A stretch of DNA of 64,000 nt from an uncultured delta proteobacterium (GTDB lineage: Bacteria; Myxococcota_A; Polyangia; Fen-1088): positions 160,001 through 224,000 of the forward strand of contig CAVWIP010000012.1 in NCBI GenBank assembly GCA_963755125.1, read 5' to 3'. The position numbers and the translations under genes were made by a program. The notes under the pieces are model-generated. The model was not told where the DNA came from, ran no database searches, and saw nothing but the letters and a program-made list of their open reading frames with translations. Shown here piece by piece: positions 44,625 through 55,300 of this stretch; position 1 is the stretch's first letter; every line of letters starts with the position of its first letter.

Positions 44625-45713
44625 CTACGGGAATACCAGCACGTTGCGCGAGCCGTAGCTGGCTACCAGCCCGTCGATGTGGCGCCTGACCAGATCGCGC
44701 CGGGCCACCACCGCCCGGATCTCGCTCGGGGTCAGGATCTGGTATTCGTCCTGGCTCGCCTGGGCGAGCATCTGCTCCATCGCCGGAACGGTGACCCGGT
44801 CGAGCGCCTGGTAGAGCTGGCGCGAGAATCGTTGTGTCCGGTGCAAGATCGAGCGCGTGTGCTCGTTGCCCTCGGGCTCGATGAAGAAAGACATGGTGTT
44901 GTCCATGAAGAGCAAGCGTGAGCCGTCAGGCAATGTCTTCATGTTCCCGCCACTGTAGCGGTCAGGGTTGGAGGTCAGAAAGTCGAAAACCACAAGCTGC
45001 GAGAGCTGGGCGGCCAGCGCGCGCTTGTCGATCGGAATGGGCTGCCCTTGCGTCAACCATTGCATGCTCTGCTGGATGCCGTCGGGTGTGTCCAAGTCCG
45101 AGTCCTTGATCTCGGGTACCCAGTACATGACCACACCCGCCGTCTTGCCCATCGGATTGAAAACCGTCTCGGCGCGGATGCGCGGCAAGGCCGCCAGGCT
45201 GTCGGGATGAAGGTGCGAAAAGATCTCCTCGCGGCTCACCATGCGAGGCGCCGCCGGCGGAACAGCATTGAGGCCCAGCAGACGGTTGAGCCGGTAGGCC
45301 GCCACTTCCTTGCGCGGGATGGTCCGCAAATCGGTCTGAGCCGGCTTGAAGGCCGCACGCGAGCCATCGGCGAGCTCGACCCGAAACGACAGCGTCGATC
45401 CCCCTTTGTTGAGCTTCATGCCCAGGATGGGCTGCGTGCGCACGCGCTCGATCAGCATCTCGTCGGACATGCCGAGGAAGGTCCCGGCCGGCTCCTCGAA
45501 GATGGCGGGGTTGGGCGGATTCGACAGCTCGCCGCGCGGCAGAAGCGTGGCGGAAACCGCCGGACCTGATGATCGATGGCCGAACAGTTGCCCCAACCTG
45601 TCAGTTCCGCCCTCGCTGAAGAAGTGCACCGATGCTCGGGCAAGCCATCCCGCGCCGACGAGAGCGCTCGCCAGCACCAGGGCTTCGGCCGCCACATATC
45701 GCCCGAGTCTCAC
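44625..45713 (-). CDS. Membrane-anchored Fam20/PI3K-like atypical kinase-fold protein
   Basis: N-terminal hydrophobic segment; AAFKP, KEVAAYRLNRLLGL..VPP, FDFLTSNPDR, LLFMDN. Confidence 0.7.
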   Translation of the reverse strand: MRLGRYVAAEALVLASALVGAGWLARASVHFFSEGGTDRLGQLFGHRSSGPAVSATLLPRGELSNPPNPAIFEEPAGTFLGMSDEMLIERVRTQPILGMKLNKGGSTLSFRVELADGSRAAFKPAQTDLRTIPRKEVAAYRLNRLLGLNAVPPAAPRMVSREEIFSHLHPDSLAALPRIRAETVFNPMGKTAGVVMYWVPEIKDSDLDTPDGIQQSMQWLTQGQPIPIDKRALAAQLSQLVVFDFLTSNPDRYSGGNMKTLPDGSRLLFMDNTMSFFIEPEGNEHTRSILHRTQRFSRQLYQALDRVTVPAMEQMLAQASQDEYQILTPSEIRAVVARRDLVRRHIDGLVASYGSRNVLVFP

Positions 45714-45760
45714 CAGATAATTCTAGGGCCTGACGCGGGCGAGCACAAACAAGGTTGAAC

Positions 45761-46870
45761 TTAGTTGTCCAATGCCTGCTGAATCGCCGCGTCGATCTCG
45801 GCCCTGCGCCTGTGCCCGACCATGACCCTGCGAATGACTCCATCGCGGCCGATGATGACCAGGTGGGGCAACGAAACCACCCGGTACAGCCCGCCGACCT
45901 CTTGGTCGTCGAGGAGATTCGGGTAGGGCGCCGGGTACTGCCGCAAGAAGTCCTGGATCTCGGTTTGGTCGGCCATGGATCCCTCCGAGCTGATGGCCAA
46001 GAACTCTACGCCCTGCGACCGCCGCGCACTGTAAATCTCGTGGAGCGTGGGCGCGAGTGCGATGCATGGCGGACACCAGCGAGCCCAGAAATCGAGCAGG
46101 ACGACTTTGCCCCTCAGCTCCGCAAGCGCCACGCTGCCCGGCTTTCCGTCGATGCGCGGGAGCACGAAAGCGGGCGCGACAACCCCGCGGCCGACCGGCG
46201 CAATCGCATCGCGGTTGTGGCTGAGCCAGACGATGTTCAGGGTGAGCGCGCCGGCGAGAATGCCGCCCAGGACCGAGGCAGCCACGCGCATGCGCCTGGG
46301 CGGGTCCACCTGCCCTGGCGCAGGCACGGGTGAGCCGCCCGCGCCTTGCACTCGGGACGTACGGCTGCGTGCCAGCCGAATCCCGATGACAAGAATCACC
46401 AGGGCCCAGGCCAGCCCGACCACGGGAATCGCCGGGCCCAGCACGCCCGCAGCAGCCGGGAACAGCGAGCCGGCCAGCTCGGCCAGACCCGAAAGCAAGA
46501 GGTAGGGAATGCTGCAGGCTGCGCCCAACTCGGCGTCAAGCACCGGGTCGCGGCGGCCCCGGCCAGCCAGGACGGTGGTGGCGATTGCAGCCGGCAGCGC
46601 TATCAGCATGGCCGGCCGCAGATCCTGACCGACGATACTCAGAAGTTGCGCCAGAGTGCCGGCAAGGGATGCCTCGCGCAGCATGAGCACCGCGCGCGCC
46701 ACGACCGGAAGGCGAAAACACAGCACGCCGAGCAGCAAGATCACCAAGGCATCGCCCACTCCACCGCGCTCCCACACTTGAATATCGGCCAGTGCGCGTC
46801 CGGGCGACACGATGAGAGTGCCCACACGGAGCAAGAGCCCCGACCTGACGTTGCTTCGACCTTCGGTCAT
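45761..46870 (-). CDS. TlpA/ResA-like thiol-disulfide oxidoreductase with multi-TM (Yip1-like) N-terminal domain
   Basis: APAF.L...DG...L..LRGKVVLLDFWARWCPPC; several TM helices upstream. Confidence 0.85.
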   Translation of the reverse strand: MTEGRSNVRSGLLLRVGTLIVSPGRALADIQVWERGGVGDALVILLLGVLCFRLPVVARAVLMLREASLAGTLAQLLSIVGQDLRPAMLIALPAAIATTVLAGRGRRDPVLDAELGAACSIPYLLLSGLAELAGSLFPAAAGVLGPAIPVVGLAWALVILVIGIRLARSRTSRVQGAGGSPVPAPGQVDPPRRMRVAASVLGGILAGALTLNIVWLSHNRDAIAPVGRGVVAPAFVLPRIDGKPGSVALAELRGKVVLLDFWARWCPPCIALAPTLHEIYSARRSQGVEFLAISSEGSMADQTEIQDFLRQYPAPYPNLLDDQEVGGLYRVVSLPHLVIIGRDGVIRRVMVGHRRRAEIDAAIQQALDN

Positions 46871-46889
46871 CAACGCTCTCTGCGCTGGG

Positions 46890-48039
46890 CTACTGCCGCC
46901 CATGCTCGCGCTGCTGAAGCAGCTTCTTGGCCGCTGTCGCAAGTGCGCCCGGAATGTTGCGCGAACGCGCGATATTGCGCAGGTCGTCCTGGTGCAAGTA
47001 AGGCAAGAAACGCAGCGACGAGCCGAGCGGGCACTTGGGGTTGCTCACCAAGGCCATCTTCACGGGATAATCCTTGCTGCACTCGCGGCTGTTCGCGATG
47101 TAGCGAATCACGTCGTCGCACACGTTGGTGCTGCCCGCGAACTGCCTGATCTCCATGTCCGTGATCTGCGGTGAACGAATGACAGTCATGGCCACCAGCT
47201 TGTTGCTGTCGCGGACCAGCATCTTGCGGCAGTAGGCGTTCCCGATGGTCGCGAGTCGGATCTTCTCGAAGATCCTGAGCTGGTCGAACTTGATGAATGA
47301 CATCCCGGACGCTCGCTCCTTCTCTTCGGCCACCGCCTCCTCGTCGAACAACTCCTCGGCATCCCCGGACGCCTCATCGATTCCCGAAGCAGCCTCGGCC
47401 GCGGTTATCGCGGCCTGGAAGCGACCGTCGGTGGCTGCCCCATCCGTGGCTTCGGGATCCTGGCGAATCGCATTGACGATCTCGTCAAAGGCGGGGATGC
47501 CCTCCAGACGAACTCCGTTGCGCGCGCACAACTCCACCGCCCTGTTGACCGAGGACATGCGCGCTCGCTTGTTGAAGAACAGCGCCTCCACGATGGGCGG
47601 GCAGCGCAACAGTCGCACTTCGTTCTGGAAAATGATCTCAAGCAAGCTTTCGCCAAGACGGCCGGCCAGCATGACGAATGTTCTGGTCGGCGGTGGCCGG
47701 GTTGTAGAGGATCCTCTCCAGCACGGCCGTGCGCTGGTCGGGCAGACGCGCGGCAAAAAAGTGCAGCAAGGGCGCAGGCAATGCCTCGCCCAGGGGCGGG
47801 TTGATGACGTTGTCAGGGAAGCTCGCCGGTGCAGCCTCAGCGGCCGTTCGGATCGCCGGCTCAGCGTCGAATGACAGCTGGTAGATGGCCACCAGCAGCT
47901 CGGCCGGCCGCAGCGGCGCCATGCCCCGCACCGCCAGCAGCTTGGCCGTGGGCGCGCCGGCAACCAAGCTGGCCACGGCCGGCGATAGGCTGGCCACCGG
48001 TAGCGGCTGGAGTTGCAGGGATTCGCCTTGACTAGACAT
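46890..48039 (-). pseudogene. Helical-repeat hypothetical protein split by a +1 frameshift at ~47682 (pseudogene or assembly error)
   Basis: Frame A ends ...ILYNPATADQ and frame B continues TFVMLAGRL...EKIRLA..GN...L.RD.NKLVA...NPKCP. Removing one A joins them into ~382 aa. Confidence 0.7.
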
Positions 48040-48799
48040 GGTTTCGCTCGAACAGGATGCGCAAGCCTCGCAGGGTTAGGAGCTCGTCACACTCTTCGAT
48101 AGTAGACGAGTCCCGCGCCACGAGGGTGGCCAGGCCGCCCGTGGCGACCACCATCGGTGCATAGTTCATTTCCGCACGGATCCGGTTGACCAGAGCGTCG
48201 ACCATGCCCGCATAGCCAAAAACCAGGCCGGCCTGGATGCTGGCCACGGTGTTGGTGCCCACCACGCGCTTTGGCCTGGCGATCTCCACCCGAGGAAGAC
48301 GCGCGGTGGACCGATACAGCGCATCGGCCGATACGATGAGGCCGGGGGCGATGATTCCGCCGGCGTACTCCCCGCGCGCCGTGATCGCGTCAAAGGTGGT
48401 GGCGGTGCCGAAGTCGACCACGATGGCCCCCTGCGGCCAACGCGCATAGGCGGCCACCGCGTTCACTATGCGATCCGCGCCCAGATCGCGCGGGTTCTCG
48501 TAGAGGACGGCCATCCCGGTCTTCATACCTGGCCCAACGACCAAGGCTGCGACGCCGAAGTAGCGCACAAACAACCGTTCCATGGGCGCGGTGGCGGGAG
48601 GGACGACGGACGATATAATGGCCTCCGTGACCTGCCGCATGGTCAGGCCTTGCAGTTCAAGCAACCCCGACAGGATTGCTGCGTACTCATCTGCCGTGCG
48701 TTCGACTCGGGTTTCCACGCGCCAGTCGAAACGCAAGGCTTCTCCCTCGAACAGGCCGAGGGCCGTATGAGTGTTTCCAATGTCAACCGCGAGCAGCAT
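48032..48799 (-). CDS. coaX: Type III pantothenate kinase
   Basis: LLAVDIGNT, SSVVP, LGADR, VVDFGTATT, GGIIAPG, ATGG, LTLRGL. Confidence 0.95.
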   Translation of the reverse strand: MLLAVDIGNTHTALGLFEGEALRFDWRVETRVERTADEYAAILSGLLELQGLTMRQVTEAIISSVVPPATAPMERLFVRYFGVAALVVGPGMKTGMAVLYENPRDLGADRIVNAVAAYARWPQGAIVVDFGTATTFDAITARGEYAGGIIAPGLIVSADALYRSTARLPRVEIARPKRVVGTNTVASIQAGLVFGYAGMVDALVNRIRAEMNYAPMVVATGGLATLVARDSSTIEECDELLTLRGLRILFERNHV

Positions 48800-48891
48800 G
48801 GGGGCTGGATGATTGTATCTGTATCTGCGCGCCAGTGCATGTCCGAGCGGACTTTGTGGGATGCGGCTTTTCCAGCTGGACGGGGAGCCGC

Positions 48892-50511
48892 TTGAGACGA
48901 AGGAGACTGACCGTCGAGATCTCCGGGCTGGTCGGGGCCGGCGGCGGTTCGCGTTGGCGGCCTCGTTTTCCGTCAGGAATCACCCTCCTGGCTCTGGTGG
49001 CCGGGTTGATCTTTGGCGGCTGCTGGCTTCTCGATGCCTACTGGCTCGGCGAGAGAACCGGCCCGTCCCAGCACCTGGGCCCGCTGCAGCTCCTGCTCGA
49101 CCTGGATGCGGGAACCCTGCAAAACGAGTTGGGCGCCCTCGCCCAGATCATCGTCGCAGTTCTCGGCATCGCCATCACCGTGGTTTCCATCGTGGTCCAA
49201 CTGGCTGCGACCCGCTACAGCCCCCGTATCGCGGACATGTTCTTCCGCGACAAGACCAACCTGGCCATCATGGGATTCTTCGTGGTGGCCTGTCTCAACG
49301 CAGTCTGGGTCACGTTGGCGGTCAGCAGCAACTACGTCCCGCGCGCTACCATCGTGATGACCCTGACGATGACGAGCGCCAGCGTTTTGCTGCTCATCCC
49401 TTACTTCGCCTACGTATTCGACTTCCTCGACCCCGGCAAGGTGATCGTACGTATCGGCCAGCATGTGCTCGATGCGGCCTTGGGCCGTCGGGTGGGCCGC
49501 AAGGCCGCGCACGACTTGGCCGCGCGCCAGGCCATGAGTATCGGCGCGATGGAACATCTTTCCGATGTCGCCGTCAATGCCGTTGCTCAGAAGGATAAGA
49601 TTATCGCCTCCCACGCCACCGCAGCCCTGCGCGAGGCCGTGGTCCGCTACCAGCTCATCAAGGCGAGCCTGCCCGTCGAATGGTTTGCCGTGGGCCCCCG
49701 CATTCGCAGCAACCCTGACTTCATTGCCATGGAGCCGGAGTCACTGCGCGAGATGGAGCGCGAGCGACTGTGGTTCGAATGGAAGGTGCTGCGCCACTTT
49801 CGCAGCGTCTTTGCCGAGTCGCTCAACCATCTTTCCGAGATGGCGCACGTGGTGGCCATCGAGACCCGCTACGTAGGCGAGGCGGCCCTGCAGCGCGATG
49901 ATCGCGCCGTGGTTGCGGTCGTGGTGAAGTACTTCAACACCTACCTGCGCGGGGCGCTCAACAGCCACGATGTGCGCGCTTGCTACAACATCCTCAACCA
50001 ATACCGTCTGCTGGCCGAGCTTCTGCTTCGGCAGGGCGGGTCCGATCTGGCGCTGGGTATTGCGCGCCACTTTGCCTACTATGGCCAGGTCGCCCGCGGC
50101 GCCGGGATGGGATTCGTCACCGAGACTTCGGCCCACGATCTGGGCGCGTTGTGCGAGCGCGCCTTCGAGCTTGCCTCTCCAGCGCATGACGCCATGCTGG
50201 GGATCTTTCTGGAAGTGGACAAGGAGGCCGAAACCACGTCTGACGAGAAGGCCCTGCGGGGCGTGCGCAAGGCTCAGGTTAAACTGGCTACCTACTACTT
50301 GGTCCGTGGGGCCGACGCCTACGCAGAGCGCATCTGCGACGACATGCGCTCGGAGAGCCCCGAGCGCCTCGCCTCGATTCGTGCCGAGATGCTTCGCATC
50401 CACGCCAAGGACTTCTGGGAGGTCACGGATCGCGGCGTCAATTTCGACTACCTGGACGATTCCCGCAAGGAAAAGCTCGACCAGTTCTTCGACGGTCTAA
50501 GTTTGAGGTAG
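48892..50511 (+). CDS. DUF2254-like membrane protein with cytoplasmic helical domain
   Basis: ITVVSIVVQLAATRYSPRI motif and several TM helices; start uncertain (TTG 48892 after GGGGAG). Confidence 0.7.
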   Translation: MRRRRLTVEISGLVGAGGGSRWRPRFPSGITLLALVAGLIFGGCWLLDAYWLGERTGPSQHLGPLQLLLDLDAGTLQNELGALAQIIVAVLGIAITVVSIVVQLAATRYSPRIADMFFRDKTNLAIMGFFVVACLNAVWVTLAVSSNYVPRATIVMTLTMTSASVLLLIPYFAYVFDFLDPGKVIVRIGQHVLDAALGRRVGRKAAHDLAARQAMSIGAMEHLSDVAVNAVAQKDKIIASHATAALREAVVRYQLIKASLPVEWFAVGPRIRSNPDFIAMEPESLREMERERLWFEWKVLRHFRSVFAESLNHLSEMAHVVAIETRYVGEAALQRDDRAVVAVVVKYFNTYLRGALNSHDVRACYNILNQYRLLAELLLRQGGSDLALGIARHFAYYGQVARGAGMGFVTETSAHDLGALCERAFELASPAHDAMLGIFLEVDKEAETTSDEKALRGVRKAQVKLATYYLVRGADAYAERICDDMRSESPERLASIRAEMLRIHAKDFWEVTDRGVNFDYLDDSRKEKLDQFFDGLSLR

Positions 50512-50537
50512 ACTACTCATTTACAGATGACTCCACG

Positions 50538-52166
50538 ATGACGGTTGACCTGGGCATTTCCGTTGACGACTCGGCCGAGGACGCTGGTTCCGCGGGCCAG
50601 CGGTTCGGATTCACACTGAGCACCGAAAGCCCACGCATCCTGGTCGTTGACGACGAGCGTGTAATTCGCGAGATGCTGTCGGACTTCCTCGGCCTCGAGG
50701 GTTACGTCGTGCGCACCGTGGAGGACGGCGTGCAGGCTTTGGAGGAACTGCAGCGGCGCAGCTACAACCTCGTCATCTCGGATCTGAAGATGCCCAACAT
50801 GAGTGGCCTCGAGTTGATCGAGAAGATCACCGAGTTGGGGATTCCCGTGCTGACCGTCATCATGACTGGATTCGGCACGGTCGAGACTGCCATCGAAGCA
50901 ATGAAGCACGGTGCCTACGACTACGTGCTCAAGCCCTTTCGCGTAGAGGAGGTCGTCCACACGGTGCAGCGTGGACTCGACCGGCAGCGCCTGCAGCACG
51001 AGAACCTGCGCCTCAAAGATGCCCTGTCCATCTATAAAATCAGCGAGGCCATCGCGACCTCGCTTTCAGTCGAGCGGGTGCTTGATCTGGTCCTCGATGC
51101 GGTGCTCGATGCAGTCAGTGCCGACGTGGCCAATCTGCTGCTGGAAAAGCCGCAGCCCGACCGCCGTCCCGGCGATCCGCTAGGGCCATTCGTCGAGCAC
51201 GCGCGCAAGGTGTCGCCACGCTTCGGGCCGGCAGACACGGCGCCACCCCTGAACTTCGCCGAGGTTTTCCCGCTGTTTCAGGAGGACAAGCCCCTGCTCG
51301 CGCATGGCGCCCGCGCGCACCGCTTCTTGCTCGGCCCACCTGAAAAGCGCCTGGTCAGCTTCTGTTCCATCCCGCTCAAGCTCAAGGGACGCATCATCGG
51401 CATGCTGAGCGCGTACAGCTACAGCAAGGGCGCCAAGTTCAGCGAAGGCCAGCGCAAGATGCTCTATGTGCTCGGCAGTCGCGCCGCCGTATCCATCGAG
51501 AACGCACGTCTGTACGAGAGCCTGGTCGACACCAACAAGGATCTCAGCCTGGCCAATGTCTCGCTGGAGGAGAACTTTCGTCAGACCATCATCGGCTTTG
51601 CCCACGCTCTGGAAGAGTCGGATCGCTACACCCGCGGCCATTCGGAGCGCGTTTCGACCTACGCGCGCCTCATCGCAATGGGCATGCGCATGCCCGAGGC
51701 GGAGATCGAGACCATCGTAAAGGTCGGCCTCTTGCACGACGTGGGCAAGATCGGCATTCGCAACGATCGGCTCAACAAGCCGGGCAAGCTCACGCCGGAA
51801 GAGTTGGCCATGTTTCGCTCGCACCCGGCCAAGGGCAAGCGCATCCTGGAGCCGATCCCGTTCATGCGCGACATCGTGCCCGGTTGCTACTGTCACCATG
51901 AGGCGTGGGACGGCTCCGGCTACCCCCAGGGCCTGCGCGCTGACCGAATCCCGCTCATCGGTCGCATCGTTGCAGTGGCAGACGCCTACGACGCCATGAC
52001 CACCGACCGCGCCTATCGGCAGGCCCTGCCACACGCGATCGCGTGTGGCGAGCTTGAGCGCTGCAGCGGCACGCAATTCGACCCCGAGATCGTGCGCGTG
52101 TTCCTGGCGCATATCGAGGAGCACAGGAAGCTCGAGCTTTTGGCCGGCCACAGCCTTCCACGCTGA
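50538..52166 (+). CDS. Response regulator REC-GAF-HD-GYP (cyclic dinucleotide phosphodiesterase family)
   Basis: ILVVDD, ISDLKMP, KPF; GAF-like IPLK..GRIIG...IENARLY; GHSERV, LHDVGK, HHEAWDGSGYP, QFDP. Confidence 0.93.
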   Translation: MTVDLGISVDDSAEDAGSAGQRFGFTLSTESPRILVVDDERVIREMLSDFLGLEGYVVRTVEDGVQALEELQRRSYNLVISDLKMPNMSGLELIEKITELGIPVLTVIMTGFGTVETAIEAMKHGAYDYVLKPFRVEEVVHTVQRGLDRQRLQHENLRLKDALSIYKISEAIATSLSVERVLDLVLDAVLDAVSADVANLLLEKPQPDRRPGDPLGPFVEHARKVSPRFGPADTAPPLNFAEVFPLFQEDKPLLAHGARAHRFLLGPPEKRLVSFCSIPLKLKGRIIGMLSAYSYSKGAKFSEGQRKMLYVLGSRAAVSIENARLYESLVDTNKDLSLANVSLEENFRQTIIGFAHALEESDRYTRGHSERVSTYARLIAMGMRMPEAEIETIVKVGLLHDVGKIGIRNDRLNKPGKLTPEELAMFRSHPAKGKRILEPIPFMRDIVPGCYCHHEAWDGSGYPQGLRADRIPLIGRIVAVADAYDAMTTDRAYRQALPHAIACGELERCSGTQFDPEIVRVFLAHIEEHRKLELLAGHSLPR

Positions 52167-52273
52167 GGCCGACCGCGGCCTTCGAGGTTCCGCGCTGAGC
52201 GGGCTGGCGGTGAAGTGGTAGGACGGCGCATGCCCGAATAGCGTATCAGGCGACAAACTTCACCCCGGCGCAC

Positions 52274-52307
52274 AAAGAAAAACCCCGAGGCCGAAGCCCC
52301 GGGGTTT
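52274..52307 (-). terminator. Intrinsic terminator (possibly bidirectional)
   Basis: AAACCCCG...CGGGGTTT stem followed by TTCTTT on the minus strand; between convergent genes. Confidence 0.7.
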
Positions 52308-52345
52308 CACTAGATGATGCTGTCTAGCTCTTAGCTAGGCTTGCC

Positions 52346-55300
52346 CTATGGGCCACCGACCGACATCGCTACGCTTGCCGTGTTGTTCGCGGTCCCGTCC
52401 GTCACGGTGAGCGAGGCGGTCTGTGCGGTAGTAGTGGAGACGGTTCCGATGAACGTCACCGTAACCGTGCAATTACCGGTGCTGAGGGGTGTTCCGTAGC
52501 AGGTGTCGTCGGTTATTGCGAATGCGGTAGCGTTCGTTCCACCGAGGGCCTCCCGGAGGAGTTTGGTCACCTGGCTGCTATTGGCGTTGGTCACAGTGAA
52601 GCTGGCGCTGGGCGGCGTTCCGGCAAGCACCACCGGATTAGTGTTGGAGTTCGGACTGATCGACAGGTCCGACAGACCGGTGCCGGTCAGGGTCACGGGG
52701 TTCGGTGTTGCACCGGCCACAGACACGTTCGTCGTCATCGCTCCCGCTGCCAGCGGAGCGAAATCGATCACGAGCGAACACGAGTTGACTGATCCAGGAT
52801 TGGGAGTAGGCAACGCTACGTAGCCTCCACTGGGGTTAATGCAGGTACTGCTCGGATCGACTGCGAAGTTGGTCGAATCCGACAATTGGACCTGCAGAGG
52901 AGTGGAGGTCTGTCGGGTAACCACCGTATCTCCACCCGAGCCGTTGGTGACAATAATGGTGAGGGCCGTCGTCGGCACACCAACTTGCGTGCTGCCGAAG
53001 TTGGTCGAACTCGGCGGGGTCACGACGAGGCTCACCGGATTGACGACCTCTGCCTGCAGGGAGTAGGTTTCTAGAGAAGTCTCCCCGCTTCCGCCGGTCG
53101 CGGTATCCACCGCCTGAACCGAAAGACCCACATTCGGCCCGAGCACGGAAGTGAGTTGAGAATTCACCACCACCGTGCAGGTCCCACCCGCTGCCAGTGC
53201 AGTGGTTCCGGTTCCGCAGGTCGAGGTTCCGACGGTGGCGAATGTCGAGGTTCCAGTCAATTTCAGGCTGGGAGCGCCAGCCGTGGGGGCTTGACCGACG
53301 TTGCTGATTGTGAACGTCAACGACGGTGTCTGACCCACGAGGATCTGGCCGAAGTCAACAAAGAAGGCCGGCGTCACCCCGGTGATAGTGACCGCGCTGG
53401 TGGCAGTTGCGCTGAGCTGGAGCTGGGCAGGCTGCTGAACCTGGCCGAGGACGCCCAGGATATTACCCTGGGGGCCGCTCACCGCTGCCCAGCGATCGCG
53501 CGTCCCAGTTCCAACCCAACTCATGGGCTTGAATGTCACGGCAAAGGTGCAGAATCCAGCCGGTGCAAGATTCCCTGTGCCGCAAGCGACACCGGCGCCA
53601 GTGGTCGTCGCCTTGGTCAGAGTGAAGTCCCCCTCCGACCCTCCGATCCCTGGTGCAAACGCGATCGCGGCACCTGCAAACGTCGTGGCATCACTGCCCA
53701 GAGCCACGTTGGCGGTCGTGTTGTTGTAGAGCACGAAGTACGCGGTCGTCCCCGTGGTCGAGCCCACAGCGGTGGTCCCTGCGAAGGTATAGAAGGAATT
53801 CGTTCCGCCGACGGGTTGGGCATATACGCTGTTCGAAGTAGCGATCCCGGTGCCCTGCAGGTTCACGTTGACAGCGGCGATAGCCTGGCCGAAGAGGCTC
53901 AGAACTGCCGTTTGCAGTCCAGCGGCCGCCGTCGGGGTGAACTGGACGTTCACGCTACACGTAGCACTCGGAGCAAGCGATCCAACGGTAGTGCAGGTTC
54001 CCGGGTTCTCCGCCAGCGAGAACTGGGTGCCGGTCTGCACCCATGTGGTTTGCAGGCCGACGGCAGGCACCTGACCCAAGTTGGTGAACCACAGGGTGAG
54101 TATGCCTGAGTTTGTACTAACCGGCGCGCTACCGAAATCGATGGACCCGACGGGGGCGGTGGGGCTGCCCAGATCGCCGAAGCCGTACAAAGCGAGCGTA
54201 GCCGGCTTGACAGTGGTGGCCGTGAGCGCCAGGGGCGCAGAGACACCGGTCGGACCGCCCGTGAAGGTGATGCCGGTCGCAACCGGGCCAGTAACACTGG
54301 CGCCGGTAAACACCAGTGTCATCTGGCAGGACGCGCCGCCAGCCAGGACAGTGCCAACGTTGCATGCACTGCTAGTCACCGTGAAGCCCGTCGGAAGTGA
54401 CCCGGCCAGAGCCAAGCTTGCCGCAGTTGCCGCGGTTGCGCCGTTGTTGGTTATCGTGAAGGTCTCTGGCATCTGGGCACCCGTCGCCACATTGCCAAAG
54501 GCGAGTGTCTGGGCGTTGTTGTTCTTCGGGTCGAGAGAGATTGCCGCGCCCGAGAGCGTGAGCTGCGCAGTGGCCGTTCCCTGGATTGGAACAGTGGCCA
54601 ATGTCACCCCGGAGGTGGCGTCCTTCACCGTAAGGTTTGCCGTACGGGGCGTGGTGCTGGGCACTGTCGCATTGTTTGGCGTGAATGCGACCTGGATGGT
54701 GCAGTTTGCACCAGGACTCAACTGCGTGGTGTTCGGAGCACCACAAGAGCCGGCCGGGTAGCTCGTCGCCCCGCTGTTCGAAAGGCTAAAGACCTGGAAG
54801 TTGCTGGTGTCGTCCACCGAATACGTCAACTTGCCTGTAGCCGTCCCCGTGGCCGGATTGGTGATGGTAAAGGTCTTCCACGCGCTGGTGTTGGCCTGGG
54901 CCACCGACCCGAAGTCCACATGAGCAGGCGGCGCTGCGGTCGGCGTGACCGTAACGGCACCGGCCTGGCTGGCGGTCCCGGAGATGGTGGCCTGGGCGGT
55001 TTGTCCCGACCCAGCCGCGGTCACCGTGATCGTCGCGGTCTTGCTCCCAGGCGAGGTCGGAGCAAAGCCAATCTCGATCGTGCACGTGCTGTTGGACGTC
55101 GGGGAAGTAAGTGGAAGCAAGGATACGTCGGGCACCAGTGTCTGGGTTGAGCAATTGTCAGCGATGATTCCAAAGTCGCCGGCATTGGTGCCACCCAGCG
55201 CGACCGTCAACGGACCTTGATTGACGTTACCAACCCCCATGTTAGCCACCGTGAAGGTTTGTTCGTCGGCTAGAGTGAGAGCTGTGATGCTTGTCCCCAC

